A stretch of DNA of 36,116 nt from an uncultured Dehalococcoidales bacterium (lineage in GTDB: Bacteria; Chloroflexota; Dehalococcoidia; Dehalococcoidales; UBA5627), in the NCBI GenBank assembly GCA_964549815.1, contig CAZJVO010000002.1, positions 1 to 36,116 on the forward strand, written 5' to 3'. Position 1 is the first letter of the stretch. Each line of letters opens with the position of its first letter. The notes under the pieces were generated by a model. It was not told the DNA's origin and searched no databases. It saw only the letters and a program-made list of their open reading frames with translations. Shown one piece after another: positions 1 through 8,409 of this stretch. The position numbers and the translations under genes were made by a program.

Positions 1-1190
1 CGGAACCCACTCCGGTTGTAAGCTATGGGGTGGTGGACAAACAAGCAGGTGGAGCAATCGTAATTACCGCCAGCCACAACCCCGCTAAATGGAATGGCTT
101 TAAGGTTAAATCGAAGGACGGCGCCAGCGCTCCTGAAGAGGTGATATTTGAAATCGAGAAAAACATAGCAGGTCTCATCGAAACCGGAAGAATAAACCGC
201 CTTCCGCTTGACGATGCTATCGACAGGGGGCTGGTGGAATACACCGACCTGTATCCTGCCTATGAAGTTCAAATCGCAAGACTGGTTGATTTAGACGGCA
301 TTAAGAAAGCCAAACTGAAAATCGCCGTCGATTCGATGCATGGGGCAGGTGCCGGATACTTCAAAGCCCTGCTGAAAGACACCGGCTTCGAGATTATAGA
401 AATCAACGACCAGCCTAACCCTGCATTTCCAGGTATGAAACAGCCTGAGCCAATTGCTGTCAACCTTACCAGACTTTCAGAGCTGGTAAAAGCAAAAAGA
501 GCCGACGTAGGGCTGGCAACCGACGGTGATGCCGACCGAATCGGTGTTATGGATGAAAACGGCAATTTTTTGACCCAATTACAGGTGTACGCCCTCCTGG
601 CGCTATACCTGCTCGATGTCAGGAAGCAGCGCGGAGCCATCGTCAAGACAATCACGACCACCGGCATGCTGGATAAACTCGGAAAGATATATGACGTCCC
701 CGTTTACGAGACGAAGGTCGGTTTTAAATACGTGGCACCTTTAATGCTGCAACACGATGCCCTTATCGGCGGAGAGGAGAGCGGGGGATATGGCTTGAGA
801 GGGCATATCCCCGAGCGCGATGCCCTGCTGGCAGGGCTGTGTTTTATCGATTTCATGGTAAAAACAGGGAAAAAGCCTTCAGAGTTGCTGAAGGATTTAT
901 ATGATAAAGTCGGAGAGCACTACTACGACAGGCTGGATATAGAGTTTCCTGAAAATCAGAGGGCAAGCATCATCAGCCGCATCAAAAACAGCCATCCGAA
1001 AACTATAGATAACGTCAGTGTGGTAAAAGAAGATACCATCGACGGGTTCAGGTATACTTTATCGGATGGGTCATGGCTGTTGATCCGTTTTTCGGGGACG
1101 GAGCCGCTGCTGCGAATCTATACTGAAAGCCACAGCATGGATATGGTCAAAAGACTGCTGGAAATCGGCAAAAAAATAACCGGAGTTTGA
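1..1190 (+). CDS. phosphoglucomutase/phosphomannomutase family protein (alpha-D-phosphohexomutase), N-terminus cut by the window edge
   Basis: ORF 30..1190 stays open to the window edge. Visible motifs: catalytic Ser loop TASHNP, metal loop DGDADR, sugar loop GEESGG, phosphate loop RFSGTEP. Confidence 0.9.
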   Translation, partial: EPTPVVSYGVVDKQAGGAIVITASHNPAKWNGFKVKSKDGASAPEEVIFEIEKNIAGLIETGRINRLPLDDAIDRGLVEYTDLYPAYEVQIARLVDLDGIKKAKLKIAVDSMHGAGAGYFKALLKDTGFEIIEINDQPNPAFPGMKQPEPIAVNLTRLSELVKAKRADVGLATDGDADRIGVMDENGNFLTQLQVYALLALYLLDVRKQRGAIVKTITTTGMLDKLGKIYDVPVYETKVGFKYVAPLMLQHDALIGGEESGGYGLRGHIPERDALLAGLCFIDFMVKTGKKPSELLKDLYDKVGEHYYDRLDIEFPENQRASIISRIKNSHPKTIDNVSVVKEDTIDGFRYTLSDGSWLLIRFSGTEPLLRIYTESHSMDMVKRLLEIGKKITGV

Positions 1191-1194
1191 TTAT

Positions 1195-2262
1195 ATGATA
1201 GATTTAGACGACCCCAGTGTATACAGCAAATATGACCTTGAAAAAATGCTCAATCACCTCAATAATTTCCACGAGCTCTGCCGTGAGGCATGGCGAAAAG
1301 CGATGCTGCTGGAGATTCCTGCCGATTATGCCGATGTCGACAGGGTAATGATTCTGGGGATGGGAGGGTCTGCTATTGGCGGAGACCTTATCTCACGGCT
1401 GACTTTAAATGAGTCTGAGATTCCCATCACTGTAAACCGCAGTTATGACCTGCCGGCATACGTCGATGAAAGAACGCTTTTGATTGCCTGCAGCTATTCG
1501 GGGTACACCGAAGAGACGCTCTCTGCCCTTGGGCAGGGATTAAATATAAACGCAAAATGCATGGTGATTTCGACAGGGGGGAGACTCAAAGAGATTGCCG
1601 AAGAACGACACCTCCCTTTATTTACATTCGACTATAATGCCCAGCCCCGCGCCACCCTCCCGTTCAGCTTCATGGCCGAATTCTGCACTCTGCAGAAACT
1701 GGGAATCATAGGCGATAAATCGGCAGACATAGCGGAAACAATAAAGATTCTGGAGCAGCTCTCAGAACAACTGGATATCACGATTCCGATAGAGAACAAT
1801 CAGGCTAAACAGATGGCACAAAAACTCTACGGCAAGTTTATTTTCATCTATGGGTCGGAGATAACCACCGAAGTGGCTTACCGGTGGAAGACTCAGTTCA
1901 ACGAAAACAGCAAGAACTGGGCAGCCTGCGAAGCCTTCTCCGAGCTGAACCATAATACCATCGTCGGCTATCAATTCCCGCCAGATTTTATAAATAACGC
2001 CCTGATTATACTCCTGCGCTCCACCCTTTTATCGGAACCGATTCTGAAGCGATATCAGGCTACCTGCCGTATACTGGAACACAGTAAAATCAAGCACAGC
2101 ATAATAGATATCGGCGGAGAGAGTGCGCTGGCACAGATGTTGAGCCTGGTGCTACTGGGAGATTATATCAGCTATTACCTGGCTATCTTAAACGAAGTAG
2201 ACCCGACACCCATCGAGACCATCGATAAACTGAAGCGCGAGCTCAGAAAAAACCAACCCTGA
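1195..2262 (+). CDS. bifunctional phosphoglucose/phosphomannose isomerase (SIS-domain PGI/PMI family)
   Basis: 355-aa ORF starting 5 nt after the mutase stop. SIS-type nucleotide/sugar-phosphate loop MILGMGGSAIGGDL; length and layout fit the archaeal/bacterial PGI-PMI family. Confidence 0.8.
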   Translation: MIDLDDPSVYSKYDLEKMLNHLNNFHELCREAWRKAMLLEIPADYADVDRVMILGMGGSAIGGDLISRLTLNESEIPITVNRSYDLPAYVDERTLLIACSYSGYTEETLSALGQGLNINAKCMVISTGGRLKEIAEERHLPLFTFDYNAQPRATLPFSFMAEFCTLQKLGIIGDKSADIAETIKILEQLSEQLDITIPIENNQAKQMAQKLYGKFIFIYGSEITTEVAYRWKTQFNENSKNWAACEAFSELNHNTIVGYQFPPDFINNALIILLRSTLLSEPILKRYQATCRILEHSKIKHSIIDIGGESALAQMLSLVLLGDYISYYLAILNEVDPTPIETIDKLKRELRKNQP

Positions 2263-2265
2263 TCG

Positions 2266-2292
2266 TCATTTCTACCTTTGCAAAACGTAGGG
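2266..2292 (+). repeat. partial copy of repeat family R2 (gtcatttct.cctttgcaaa...)
   Basis: Matches the 5' part of the R2 copies at 35598-35642 (+) and 32262-32304 (inverted). It begins 4 nt after the isomerase stop. Confidence 0.5.
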
Positions 2293-2310
2293 GCGACCAA
2301 TGGTCGCCCG
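2292..2310 (+). terminator. GC-rich hairpin downstream of the isomerase gene (no U-tract)
   Basis: gggcgacca / tggtcgccc is a near-perfect palindrome 30 nt after the stop codon. It is followed by gcccttatacg rather than a T-run, so this is not a classical intrinsic terminator. Confidence 0.25.
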
Positions 2311-2354
2311 CCCTTATACGTATATAGCGGCATCAAAAAGACAATTATCGTGGC

Positions 2355-2393
2355 AAATCCCCTTTGATTCCCCTTTTCCAAAGTGGAAGAATA
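2355..2393 (+). repeat. repeat family R1 core, copy 1 (caaatcccctttgattccccttttccaaagtggaagaat)
   Basis: Nearly identical 39-mers at 33888-33926 and 35477-35515; an inverted diverged copy lies at 32384-32424. Contains an imperfect hairpin (attcccctt / aagtggaagaat). Confidence 0.85.
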
Positions 2394-2458
2394 TGCTCAT
2401 CTTCAATCGAAGAGAATATTTTGTTTTTATCAATTATAGTGCTATGGATTGCAAATTG

Positions 2459-2507
2459 ACGCCGCTATGGTTTCCCGATGCATCGGGACTCACCACAAAC
2501 GGCTTTT
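2459..2507 (+). repeat. repeat family R3 copy (gacgccgctatggtttcccgatgcatcgggactc...aaacggcttt)
   Basis: The reverse complement aligns with 32190-32242. The internal palindrome cccgatgcatcggg is matched there by cccgacaagtcggg. Confidence 0.7.
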
Positions 2508-2604
2508 ATTAAGGGACTCACGATGTTTGCATTTCCATGCTTAAATTAATATTCATTACATGAGGTGGCTGAAATATTACTAATATCTGATGATATTAAT
2601 ATAA

Positions 2605-2635
2605 ACACGAGAAAAATACGAAATATAATTCGTGT
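2605..2635 (-). terminator. weak hairpin directly after the small-peptide gene
   Basis: acacga (2605-2610) pairs with tcgtgt (2630-2635), immediately 3' of the TAG at 2636-2638 on the minus strand. It is followed by a U/A-rich stretch. The stem is short. Confidence 0.25.
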
Positions 2636-2770
2636 CTAAGTACCTCTATTAAGTCTTTTTGCTAATCCTGGTCCTTTTATATCTTTACGTATTTTTCTCG
2701 CTGAAGTTCCCCCTGCAAGCCTTTTCCCAATTCCAGGCCCAGTAATGTCTTTTCTAATTTTTCTTGCCAT
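2636..2770 (-). CDS. 44-aa tandem-repeat cationic peptide MARKIRKDITGPGIGKRLAGGTSARKIRKDIKGPGLAKRLNRGT (unknown function)
   Basis: Hand-translated and below the ORF-track cutoff. GGAGGA lies 6 nt upstream of the ATG (ggaggatactaaATG). The two ~20-aa repeats are conserved at protein level but differ by synonymous codons (ATT/ATA, AGA/CGT, GAC/GAT, GGG/GGA, CCT/CCA, AGG/AGA). Confidence 0.6.
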   Translation of the reverse strand: MARKIRKDITGPGIGKRLAGGTSARKIRKDIKGPGLAKRLNRGT

Positions 2771-2902
2771 TTAGTATCCTCCTAAGATATTACCAAATCA
2801 AAGACATGGCACAAGGACATTTATTATTCAATACTTTACGATATTAAAAATTTAAGGAAATCAGGCTTATTCTTTCTACTCATAACTAATAATTAAATCG
2901 TT

Positions 2903-3052
2903 TTATTTTGGTAAATGCCTTATCTTTCTAATGGTCTCTTTCTCATAAGAAGATATTTTATTACACTTATTAATATGATTTTGTAATCCACGATTAGTAA
3001 AAAATCCTCCACACACTGGGCAAGGAACATTTTTTGGAGTTAGTCTGGTCAT
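2903..3052 (-). CDS. 49-aa C2HC zinc-finger microprotein MTRLTPKNVPCPVCGGFFTNRGLQNHINKCNKISSYEKETIRKIRHLPK
   Basis: Hand-translated and below the ORF-track cutoff. G-rich SD-like ggggggtattatATG. Motif C-x2-C-x11-H-x3-C with F/L core residues. Starts 32 nt after the CAP gene stop on the same strand. Confidence 0.55.
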   Translation of the reverse strand: MTRLTPKNVPCPVCGGFFTNRGLQNHINKCNKISSYEKETIRKIRHLPK

Positions 3053-3084
3053 ATAATACCCCCCTTAAAACATCTGTAATAAAA

Positions 3085-3540
3085 TTAATCCGCAATGAAA
3101 GTAGCATATCCTCGACTTATGTTATAGGTAATTGTCCAATTACCTATTTGGATATTACTTAATTTAAATCCTATACCAATAGCACCCCTCGTGTATTGAC
3201 TACTCATATAATTAGCATGGTGCATTGAACTATTCTTCCATAGCTCATATAACTCTTGACTGCTACCAACCCCACCCATTGCAATATTTTCGCCATATCC
3301 CATATTTGAATGTACAAGCTTATCTATAGTAGCCATATAGATACTATACTCCTTTGCTTGATTTGCCATATTATCATCCCAAATTAATGGTGGTCTACCT
3401 TGGTTTATTCGTTCACTATTAATCAAATCAAAGGTACCTTTTGCTATATCATCTGAATTATAATACTGATTTACAGTAAATGTAGTAAATATCATCCATA
3501 ATGATATAAAAAGAAGAATTGCACCAACTAATTTCATCAT
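3085..3540 (-). CDS. CAP/SCP/PR-1-like (YkwD-type) domain protein with N-terminal signal/anchor helix
   Basis: 151-aa ORF. Hydrophobic N-terminus LVGAILLFISLWMIFTTF, then CAP-like blocks (INSERINQGRPPLIWDD, HSNMGYGENIA, LWKNSSMHHANYMS, GIG). AT-rich codon usage unlike the neighbouring genes. Confidence 0.75.
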   Translation of the reverse strand: MMKLVGAILLFISLWMIFTTFTVNQYYNSDDIAKGTFDLINSERINQGRPPLIWDDNMANQAKEYSIYMATIDKLVHSNMGYGENIAMGGVGSSQELYELWKNSSMHHANYMSSQYTRGAIGIGFKLSNIQIGNWTITYNISRGYATFIAD

Positions 3541-3555
3541 AACTTTTATATAAAA

Positions 3556-3583
3556 ATTATACTCGTGTATGTTTTCATGTCAA
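3556..3583 (-). promoter_or_regulatory. near-consensus sigma70-type promoter for the AT-rich islet genes
   Basis: The minus strand reads TTGACA (3583-3578), a 16-nt spacer, then TATAAT (3561-3556). The -10 ends 15 nt before the CAP ATG at 3540 and no SD lies in between. Confidence 0.5.
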
Positions 3584-3645
3584 TACATATACGATAAATT
3601 TGAAGATAATTTTTTCATATCGTGTTTAAAAGGCAATTTTTAGTT

Positions 3646-3684
3646 AAAAACAAAAAAGGCCGCAAAGCCGGTAGCCTTGCAGCC
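3646..3684 (-). terminator. rho-independent terminator after rpsI
   Basis: The minus strand reads ggctgcaagg-ctaccgg-ctttgcggcc (10-bp stem with 2 G-U pairs) followed by ttttttgttttt. It begins 34 nt after the rpsI stop. Confidence 0.8.
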
Positions 3685-3717
3685 TTCTCTCTTCCATATA
3701 AAATCGCAGGATGTATA

Positions 3718-4125
3718 TTAACGCTTTGTATATTGAGGCGCCTTGCGAGCACGCTTAAGACCAGGCTTCTTCCTCTCCTTGGCACGCGAATCACGCGTGA
3801 GGAGGCCATCCCCTCTTAAAGCCGCCTTATACTTCTCGTCTTCCTTTAACAGAGCACGCGAAATGCCCATCGAGATTGCTTCAGCCTGTCCGGATATACC
3901 ACCGCCATTTACCTTGACAGAGATATCGAATTTTCCCATGGTCTGGGTAACAATCAGCGGTTTCACGATAGCCTGCCGATGTTCCAAACAGTCAAACCGC
4001 TCTTCGTATGGCATACCATTGATTATAATTTCTCCGCTCCCAGGTGCCAGCCTTACCTGAGCAACAGCTGTTTTACGCCTGCCTGTTCCCTGCGAATAAG
4101 TCTTCTTTTTCAAAGCTCCCCTCAC
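3718..4125 (-). CDS. rpsI: 30S ribosomal protein S9
   Basis: GTGRRKTAVAQVRL...PQYTKR are signature S9 termini. Follows rplM. GTG start as in the ORF track; the exact start is uncertain. Confidence 0.95.
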   Translation of the reverse strand: MRGALKKKTYSQGTGRRKTAVAQVRLAPGSGEIIINGMPYEERFDCLEHRQAIVKPLIVTQTMGKFDISVKVNGGGISGQAEAISMGISRALLKEDEKYKAALRGDGLLTRDSRAKERKKPGLKRARKAPQYTKR

Positions 4126-4140
4126 AAACTTTCAACCGAT

Positions 4141-4563
4141 TTATTTCTTAGCAGCTACCTGCGCTGCATGGGGATGAGCATCCCCCGCATATACCTTTAA
4201 TTTCTTTATCATGCTGTTGCCCAGCCGATTATGAGGCAACATCCCTTTAACAGCATGCTCAATGACAAATTCCGGTTTGGTCTTCATCATTTCATCCAGA
4301 GAGATAGTTTTAAACCCGCCAGGGTAACCCGAATGCCTGTAATAGAACTTACCCGTCCCTTTGTTGCCACTGGTACGTATCTTCTCTGCATTGATAACCA
4401 CCACATAATCCCCAGTGTCTATATTACGAGTGAACATCGCTTTGTTCTTACCCATAAGTAAACGGGCAACCTCCGTAGCCAGGCGACCCAGCACCTGGTC
4501 CGTAGCATCGATAACATGCCATTCCCGTTTAATATCCGTAGCTTTTGCACTATATGTTTTCAC
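4141..4563 (-). CDS. rplM: 50S ribosomal protein L13
   Basis: [25 protein letters not shown] is a typical L13 N-terminus. Forms the conserved L13-S9 pair. Confidence 0.97.
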   Translation of the reverse strand: MKTYSAKATDIKREWHVIDATDQVLGRLATEVARLLMGKNKAMFTRNIDTGDYVVVINAEKIRTSGNKGTGKFYYRHSGYPGGFKTISLDEMMKTKPEFVIEHAVKGMLPHNRLGNSMIKKLKVYAGDAHPHAAQVAAKK

Positions 4564-5356
4564 TATTTTCTTCCCCTAAGAATTTATTATAATTAACTTT
4601 CATCAGGCACAACCCTTTGGCAGGAGCCGCAGGACCGGCCAAACCAAGTTTTCTCGCATCCATTATACTATGAAACTCTCCTCCCGTCATCTTCCCCTGC
4701 CCGACCCTGATAAGAGCTCCGATAGTGTTACGCACCTGGTGCGGCAGAAAGGAGTTAGCTATAATATCAAAAACAACCAGCTTACCTTTTCTATCGAAAC
4801 AGGCTTTATCAACCCGACGCCTCGTGCTTTTTAATCTCACTCCCAGATTACTGGTAAATGAAGCAAAATCATGCTCACCGACAAGCTGCTGGGCTACCTG
4901 ATTCATAGCCTCGATATCCAGCTCTCCGCTGACCAGGAAAGAATAATCCTCCCATAGCGGTGAACGCACCCGGTTATTCAATATGTAATACTTATATTCC
5001 CGACTTACAGCCCTGCTTCTCACGTTGAATGAATCTTCAACCCTGTAAGCCGCCTTAATCGCTATATCAATCGGCAGATAATAATTCAAGCCGCTTACAA
5101 ACTTATCGAGCACTATTGCCGATTTCGTTTTAAAGCTGACCACCTGCCCTTTCGCATGCACACCAGTATCTGTCCTGCTGGCCGATGAAACCCTCGATTT
5201 CTCACCGGTTAATCGATACAGAGCTTTTTCCAGTTCGCCCTGCACAGTGGGAAGTTTTGCTTGCAACTGGAACCCAAAATAATTACTTCCCTTATACTCG
5301 ACAATCAGAACCAGCCTTCTGATTTCACTATCTGCCGGAGAGAAATTCTCCCCCAT
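4550..5356 (-). CDS. truA: tRNA pseudouridine(38-40) synthase TruA
   Basis: [12 protein letters not shown] and the catalytic RTDTGVHA motif. I prefer the ATG at 5356 (MGENF) over the TTG at 5365 in the ORF track. Overlaps the rplM start by 14 nt. Confidence 0.9.
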   Translation of the reverse strand: MGENFSPADSEIRRLVLIVEYKGSNYFGFQLQAKLPTVQGELEKALYRLTGEKSRVSSASRTDTGVHAKGQVVSFKTKSAIVLDKFVSGLNYYLPIDIAIKAAYRVEDSFNVRSRAVSREYKYYILNNRVRSPLWEDYSFLVSGELDIEAMNQVAQQLVGEHDFASFTSNLGVRLKSTRRRVDKACFDRKGKLVVFDIIANSFLPHQVRNTIGALIRVGQGKMTGGEFHSIMDARKLGLAGPAAPAKGLCLMKVNYNKFLGEENSENI

Positions 5357-5392
5357 TATTAACAACCCTTATTCAAATTTTAATAAAACTGA

Positions 5393-5755
5393 CTATTTAG
5401 CTTTTTCAACCAGCTCCAGCTGCACCATCTGTGCACCATCGCCCTGCCGAGGCCCCAGCTTGATAATACGGGTATAACCCCCCTGCCTCTGCGCAAATCT
5501 CGGTGCGATGTCCGACAAAACCTTATCCACTACCCTCGAATCGTAAACAAAGGTTAACATCTGGCGCCTGGCAGCCAGGTCATTACGTTTACCCAAAGTA
5601 ATAGTTTTCTCCGCCAGACTCTGAATCTCCTTTGCCTTAGCTTCAGTGGTTACAATCTTCTCATAATCCAGTAAATCGGTCACCAGGTTGCGGAACATAG
5701 CCTTCCTGTGCGCCGAATCCCTATCGAACTTTCTTCCAGCTACTTTATGCCTCAT
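5393..5755 (-). CDS. rplQ: 50S ribosomal protein L17
   Basis: [24 protein letters not shown] is a canonical L17 start. Downstream of rpoA. Confidence 0.97.
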   Translation of the reverse strand: MRHKVAGRKFDRDSAHRKAMFRNLVTDLLDYEKIVTTEAKAKEIQSLAEKTITLGKRNDLAARRQMLTFVYDSRVVDKVLSDIAPRFAQRQGGYTRIIKLGPRQGDGAQMVQLELVEKAK

Positions 5756-5779
5756 TTTTGCCTCTTCCTGCTTGTTTAT

Positions 5780-6775
5780 CTATTCGGCAGATTCTTTCTT
5801 TTTATTCTTCTTAGGTGAAGACTCTTCCTCTTCTTCCCCACCCATACTGAGAGAGAAGTTTAGCCCCAGCGCCTTAAGACGGTCCTGTACTTCCTGTCGT
5901 GACTTTTGACCAAAATTACGCAAGCCCAATAGTTCTTTTTCACCTGTACTGACAAGCTCTCCCACAGTACTGATGCCGCTGCGGCGCAGGCAGTTCATAG
6001 CCCTGACAGAAAGGTCGAGTTGCTCTACTGGCATATTGAACAGGTCCTGAGGTATCGAGGCCTTTAAAGCCTTCTTCTCTTCAGCAATCTGTGAAGCCTT
6101 GCTATACTCAACGAATGGTGCCATTTGCTCTACCAGTATGGATGCCGCACTGCTCATAGCATCTGAAGGAGTGATGGTGCCATCCGTCCAGATTTCAAGA
6201 TATAAACGCTCACGGCTGGTAGTCTCACCCACATGCATCGGCTCTATGTTGTAATTTACCTTGCGGACCGGCGTAAAAATGGCATCGATGGGAATGGTCC
6301 CGACGGACAGGTTATCTGTCGATTCGGCAGCCTTAAAACCCATGCCGATTTCCACATCGAAATCTACATAGAATCTCGCTTCCGGAGAATCCACCGTAGC
6401 GAGATACAACTCTGGATTCACAATTTCAAAATCCATCGACGGATTGATATCGCCTGCATAAACCGGGCCTTCTTTCTGTTTCTCCAGCGACAGTCTGGCA
6501 GGTTTATCCGAAAGCGATTTCAAACGCATTGCTTTGACGTTAAGTATAAACTCCAGGACATCCTCTTTTACATAGGGAATGGGAGAAAACTCATGCTGCA
6601 CCCCCTCGATTCGGATTTTGGTAACAGCAGCCCCTGGAAGATACCCTAAAAGTACACGACGCAAAGCATTACCAATAGTAGTCCCAAACCCCTTTTCCAG
6701 AGGTTCGACCATAAAGCGCCCGTATTTATCGTCACTTTCCACACATTCTATATTAGAAACAGCTAAACCAAACAA
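5780..6775 (-). CDS. rpoA: DNA-directed RNA polymerase subunit alpha
   Basis: YGRFMVEPLEKGFGTTIGNALRRVLL N-terminal domain and a helix-hairpin-helix CTD (LDLSVRAMNCLRR). The ORF-track start (TTG 6793) contains AAGGAGGTG at codons 2-5, so the in-frame TTG at 6775, 6 nt after AGGAGG, is the likelier start. Short acidic/lysine-rich C-terminal tail. Confidence 0.93.
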   Translation of the reverse strand: MFGLAVSNIECVESDDKYGRFMVEPLEKGFGTTIGNALRRVLLGYLPGAAVTKIRIEGVQHEFSPIPYVKEDVLEFILNVKAMRLKSLSDKPARLSLEKQKEGPVYAGDINPSMDFEIVNPELYLATVDSPEARFYVDFDVEIGMGFKAAESTDNLSVGTIPIDAIFTPVRKVNYNIEPMHVGETTSRERLYLEIWTDGTITPSDAMSSAASILVEQMAPFVEYSKASQIAEEKKALKASIPQDLFNMPVEQLDLSVRAMNCLRRSGISTVGELVSTGEKELLGLRNFGQKSRQEVQDRLKALGLNFSLSMGGEEEEESSPKKNKKKESAE

Positions 6776-6798
6776 AAGCCACCTCCTTGCCAACCCGC

Positions 6799-7422
6799 CT
6801 ATCTTGAGTAATACTCAACTACAGACGCTATATTGTATTTTGCCTCGATATCATCGGGCGTCGGCAAAGATAGAACCTTACCAACGAGCTTCTCCTTATC
6901 CAGGTTCAACCATCCTGGGACCGTCTTGCTTCCGATATTCTTGGACACCATCTTATAGTATTCATTCTTGACGCTGTTGCCATGCCAGCCTATAACATCC
7001 CCTTCCTTTATCAAACAGGAAGGGATATCGGTCTTTTTGCCGTTAACATCGATGTGCCCATGCTGAACCAACTGGCGAGCCTGAGCCCTGGAATCGGCAA
7101 ATCCAAGGCGAAAAACTACATTATCCAGACGCCTTTCAAGCAATACCAGGAGGTTTTCACCGGTGATGCCGGTCTTTCTTTCAGCCTCTGCAAATATACG
7201 CCTGAACTGTCTTTCTAATACACCATAGCTATAACGTACCTTCTGTTTCTCACGCAGCTGCTCGCCGCGATCCGAAATACGTCGGCGGCGTCCGGGCTGA
7301 GGCCCGGGAGCCTTAGGACGCCTATCGAGCGTGCACTTGGCAATACATTTACTGCCCTTAAGCATCAATTTATCACCACTGCGCCTGCACAGGCGGCAAA
7401 CTGCTTCATTATATCTGGCCAT
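6799..7422 (-). CDS. rpsD: 30S ribosomal protein S4 (Cys-containing N-terminus)
   Basis: [14 protein letters not shown]...KC..KC N-terminus and an S4 RNA-binding domain ([12 protein letters not shown]). Confidence 0.97.
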   Translation of the reverse strand: MARYNEAVCRLCRRSGDKLMLKGSKCIAKCTLDRRPKAPGPQPGRRRRISDRGEQLREKQKVRYSYGVLERQFRRIFAEAERKTGITGENLLVLLERRLDNVVFRLGFADSRAQARQLVQHGHIDVNGKKTDIPSCLIKEGDVIGWHGNSVKNEYYKMVSKNIGSKTVPGWLNLDKEKLVGKVLSLPTPDDIEAKYNIASVVEYYSR

Positions 7423-7425
7423 TCT

Positions 7426-7824
7426 TTAGACTCTCCTCCTTTTAGGCGGGCGGCAACCATTATGCGGGATGGGAGTTATATCCCTGATACTGGTGATATA
7501 TAACCCCGAAGCCTGCAATGCACGCACAGCTGCTTCACGACCACTTCCCGGCCCCTTAACATATACATCCACCTGCCGCAAACCATGTTCCATCGCCTTA
7601 TGGGCAGCATTGGTAGCTGCCATCTGAGCCGCAAACGGTGTGCCTTTGCGCGAACCCTTAAAGCCGGCGGCACCGGCACTTGAGGATGCAATAACGTTAC
7701 CTGCGGGGTCGGTCAAAGATATTATCGTATTGTTAAAAGTTGCCTGTATATAAGCCCTTCCGCTTGGAATAGACTTCCGGTCTTTTTTACTTACTTTTGT
7801 TTTTGCCTTTTTATTAGGTGCCAT
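7426..7824 (-). CDS. rpsK: 30S ribosomal protein S11
   Basis: [18 protein letters not shown]...[14 protein letters not shown] are S11 signatures. Confidence 0.97.
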   Translation of the reverse strand: MAPNKKAKTKVSKKDRKSIPSGRAYIQATFNNTIISLTDPAGNVIASSSAGAAGFKGSRKGTPFAAQMAATNAAHKAMEHGLRQVDVYVKGPGSGREAAVRALQASGLYITSIRDITPIPHNGCRPPKRRRV

Positions 7825-7846
7825 ATGTTTTATTTCTCCCTTAATT

Positions 7847-8236
7847 CTACGTCTTAGCCATGCCGCGCTTCTGTCCTCTACCGGCTACTGTCTTCTTCTC
7901 ACCCTTTCTGGTGCGGGCATTGGTTCGTGTTCTCTGTCCACGAACGGGAAGATTACGGCGATGCCTCAGACCACGATAACAGCCGATATCTATCAGGCGC
8001 TTAATATTTAAAGTTACTTCTTTCCTGAGTTCACCCTCGACTATATACTCACGGTCAATTATTTCACGCAGGCGGCTGTACTCTGCTTCTGTCAAATCCT
8101 CCGCCTTAGTTGCAGGGTTAATACCAGCCTTCTCCAATATCTTCTGACTGGTGGTGGGACCAATACCATGAATATACTGCAATGAATATTTAATTTGTTT
8201 ATTTCTAGGGATATCAACCCCAGCTATACGTGCCAT
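7847..8236 (-). CDS. rpsM: 30S ribosomal protein S13
   Basis: [26 protein letters not shown] is a canonical S13 start. Confidence 0.97.
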   Translation of the reverse strand: MARIAGVDIPRNKQIKYSLQYIHGIGPTTSQKILEKAGINPATKAEDLTEAEYSRLREIIDREYIVEGELRKEVTLNIKRLIDIGCYRGLRHRRNLPVRGQRTRTNARTRKGEKKTVAGRGQKRGMAKT

Positions 8237-8260
8237 TCATTCCTCCTTAAAAATACCCTG

Positions 8261-8374
8261 CTAACCCTGACGCTGCTTATGCTTGGGATTGGTACAGATA
8301 TTCCTGACCACGCCGTGCCTTTTTACTATCTTGCATTTTTCACATCGTCTTTTGATTGATGCTCTAACTTTCAT
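8261..8374 (-). CDS. rpmJ: 50S ribosomal protein L36 (Zn-ribbon form)
   Basis: Hand-translated as [37 protein letters not shown] (37 aa), below the ORF-track cutoff. Sits in the expected infA-rpmJ-rpsM position. Confidence 0.93.
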   Translation of the reverse strand: MKVRASIKRRCEKCKIVKRHGVVRNICTNPKHKQRQG

Positions 8375-8409
8375 TATAACCCCTTATCTACTTTCCCCTG
8401 ATAAGCCGC

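Noticed and set aside
2300-2512. 70-aa + strand ORF (and the overlapping 2175..2381 minus-strand ORF) downstream of the isomerase gene
   Set aside because: It runs straight through the R1 and R3 repeat modules, which occur elsewhere in both orientations and in different frames. It has no SD and a low-complexity, unprotein-like sequence.
2603-3628. Candidate terminal inverted repeats of the AT-rich islet (aaacacgagaaaaat at 2603-2617 versus the reverse complement of 3608-3628, aaacacgatatgaaaaaat)
   Set aside because: The match is only about 15 nt with a 3-nt indel, in very AT-rich sequence where such matches arise by chance. The left copy also forms part of the small-peptide terminator hairpin, and no target-site duplication is seen. 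It is worth a computed check but is not supportable by eye.
3615-3819. 64- and 65-aa ORFs on both strands across the rpsI 3' end
   Set aside because: They overlap the rpsI coding region and its terminator hairpin. They are shadow frames of a highly conserved gene.
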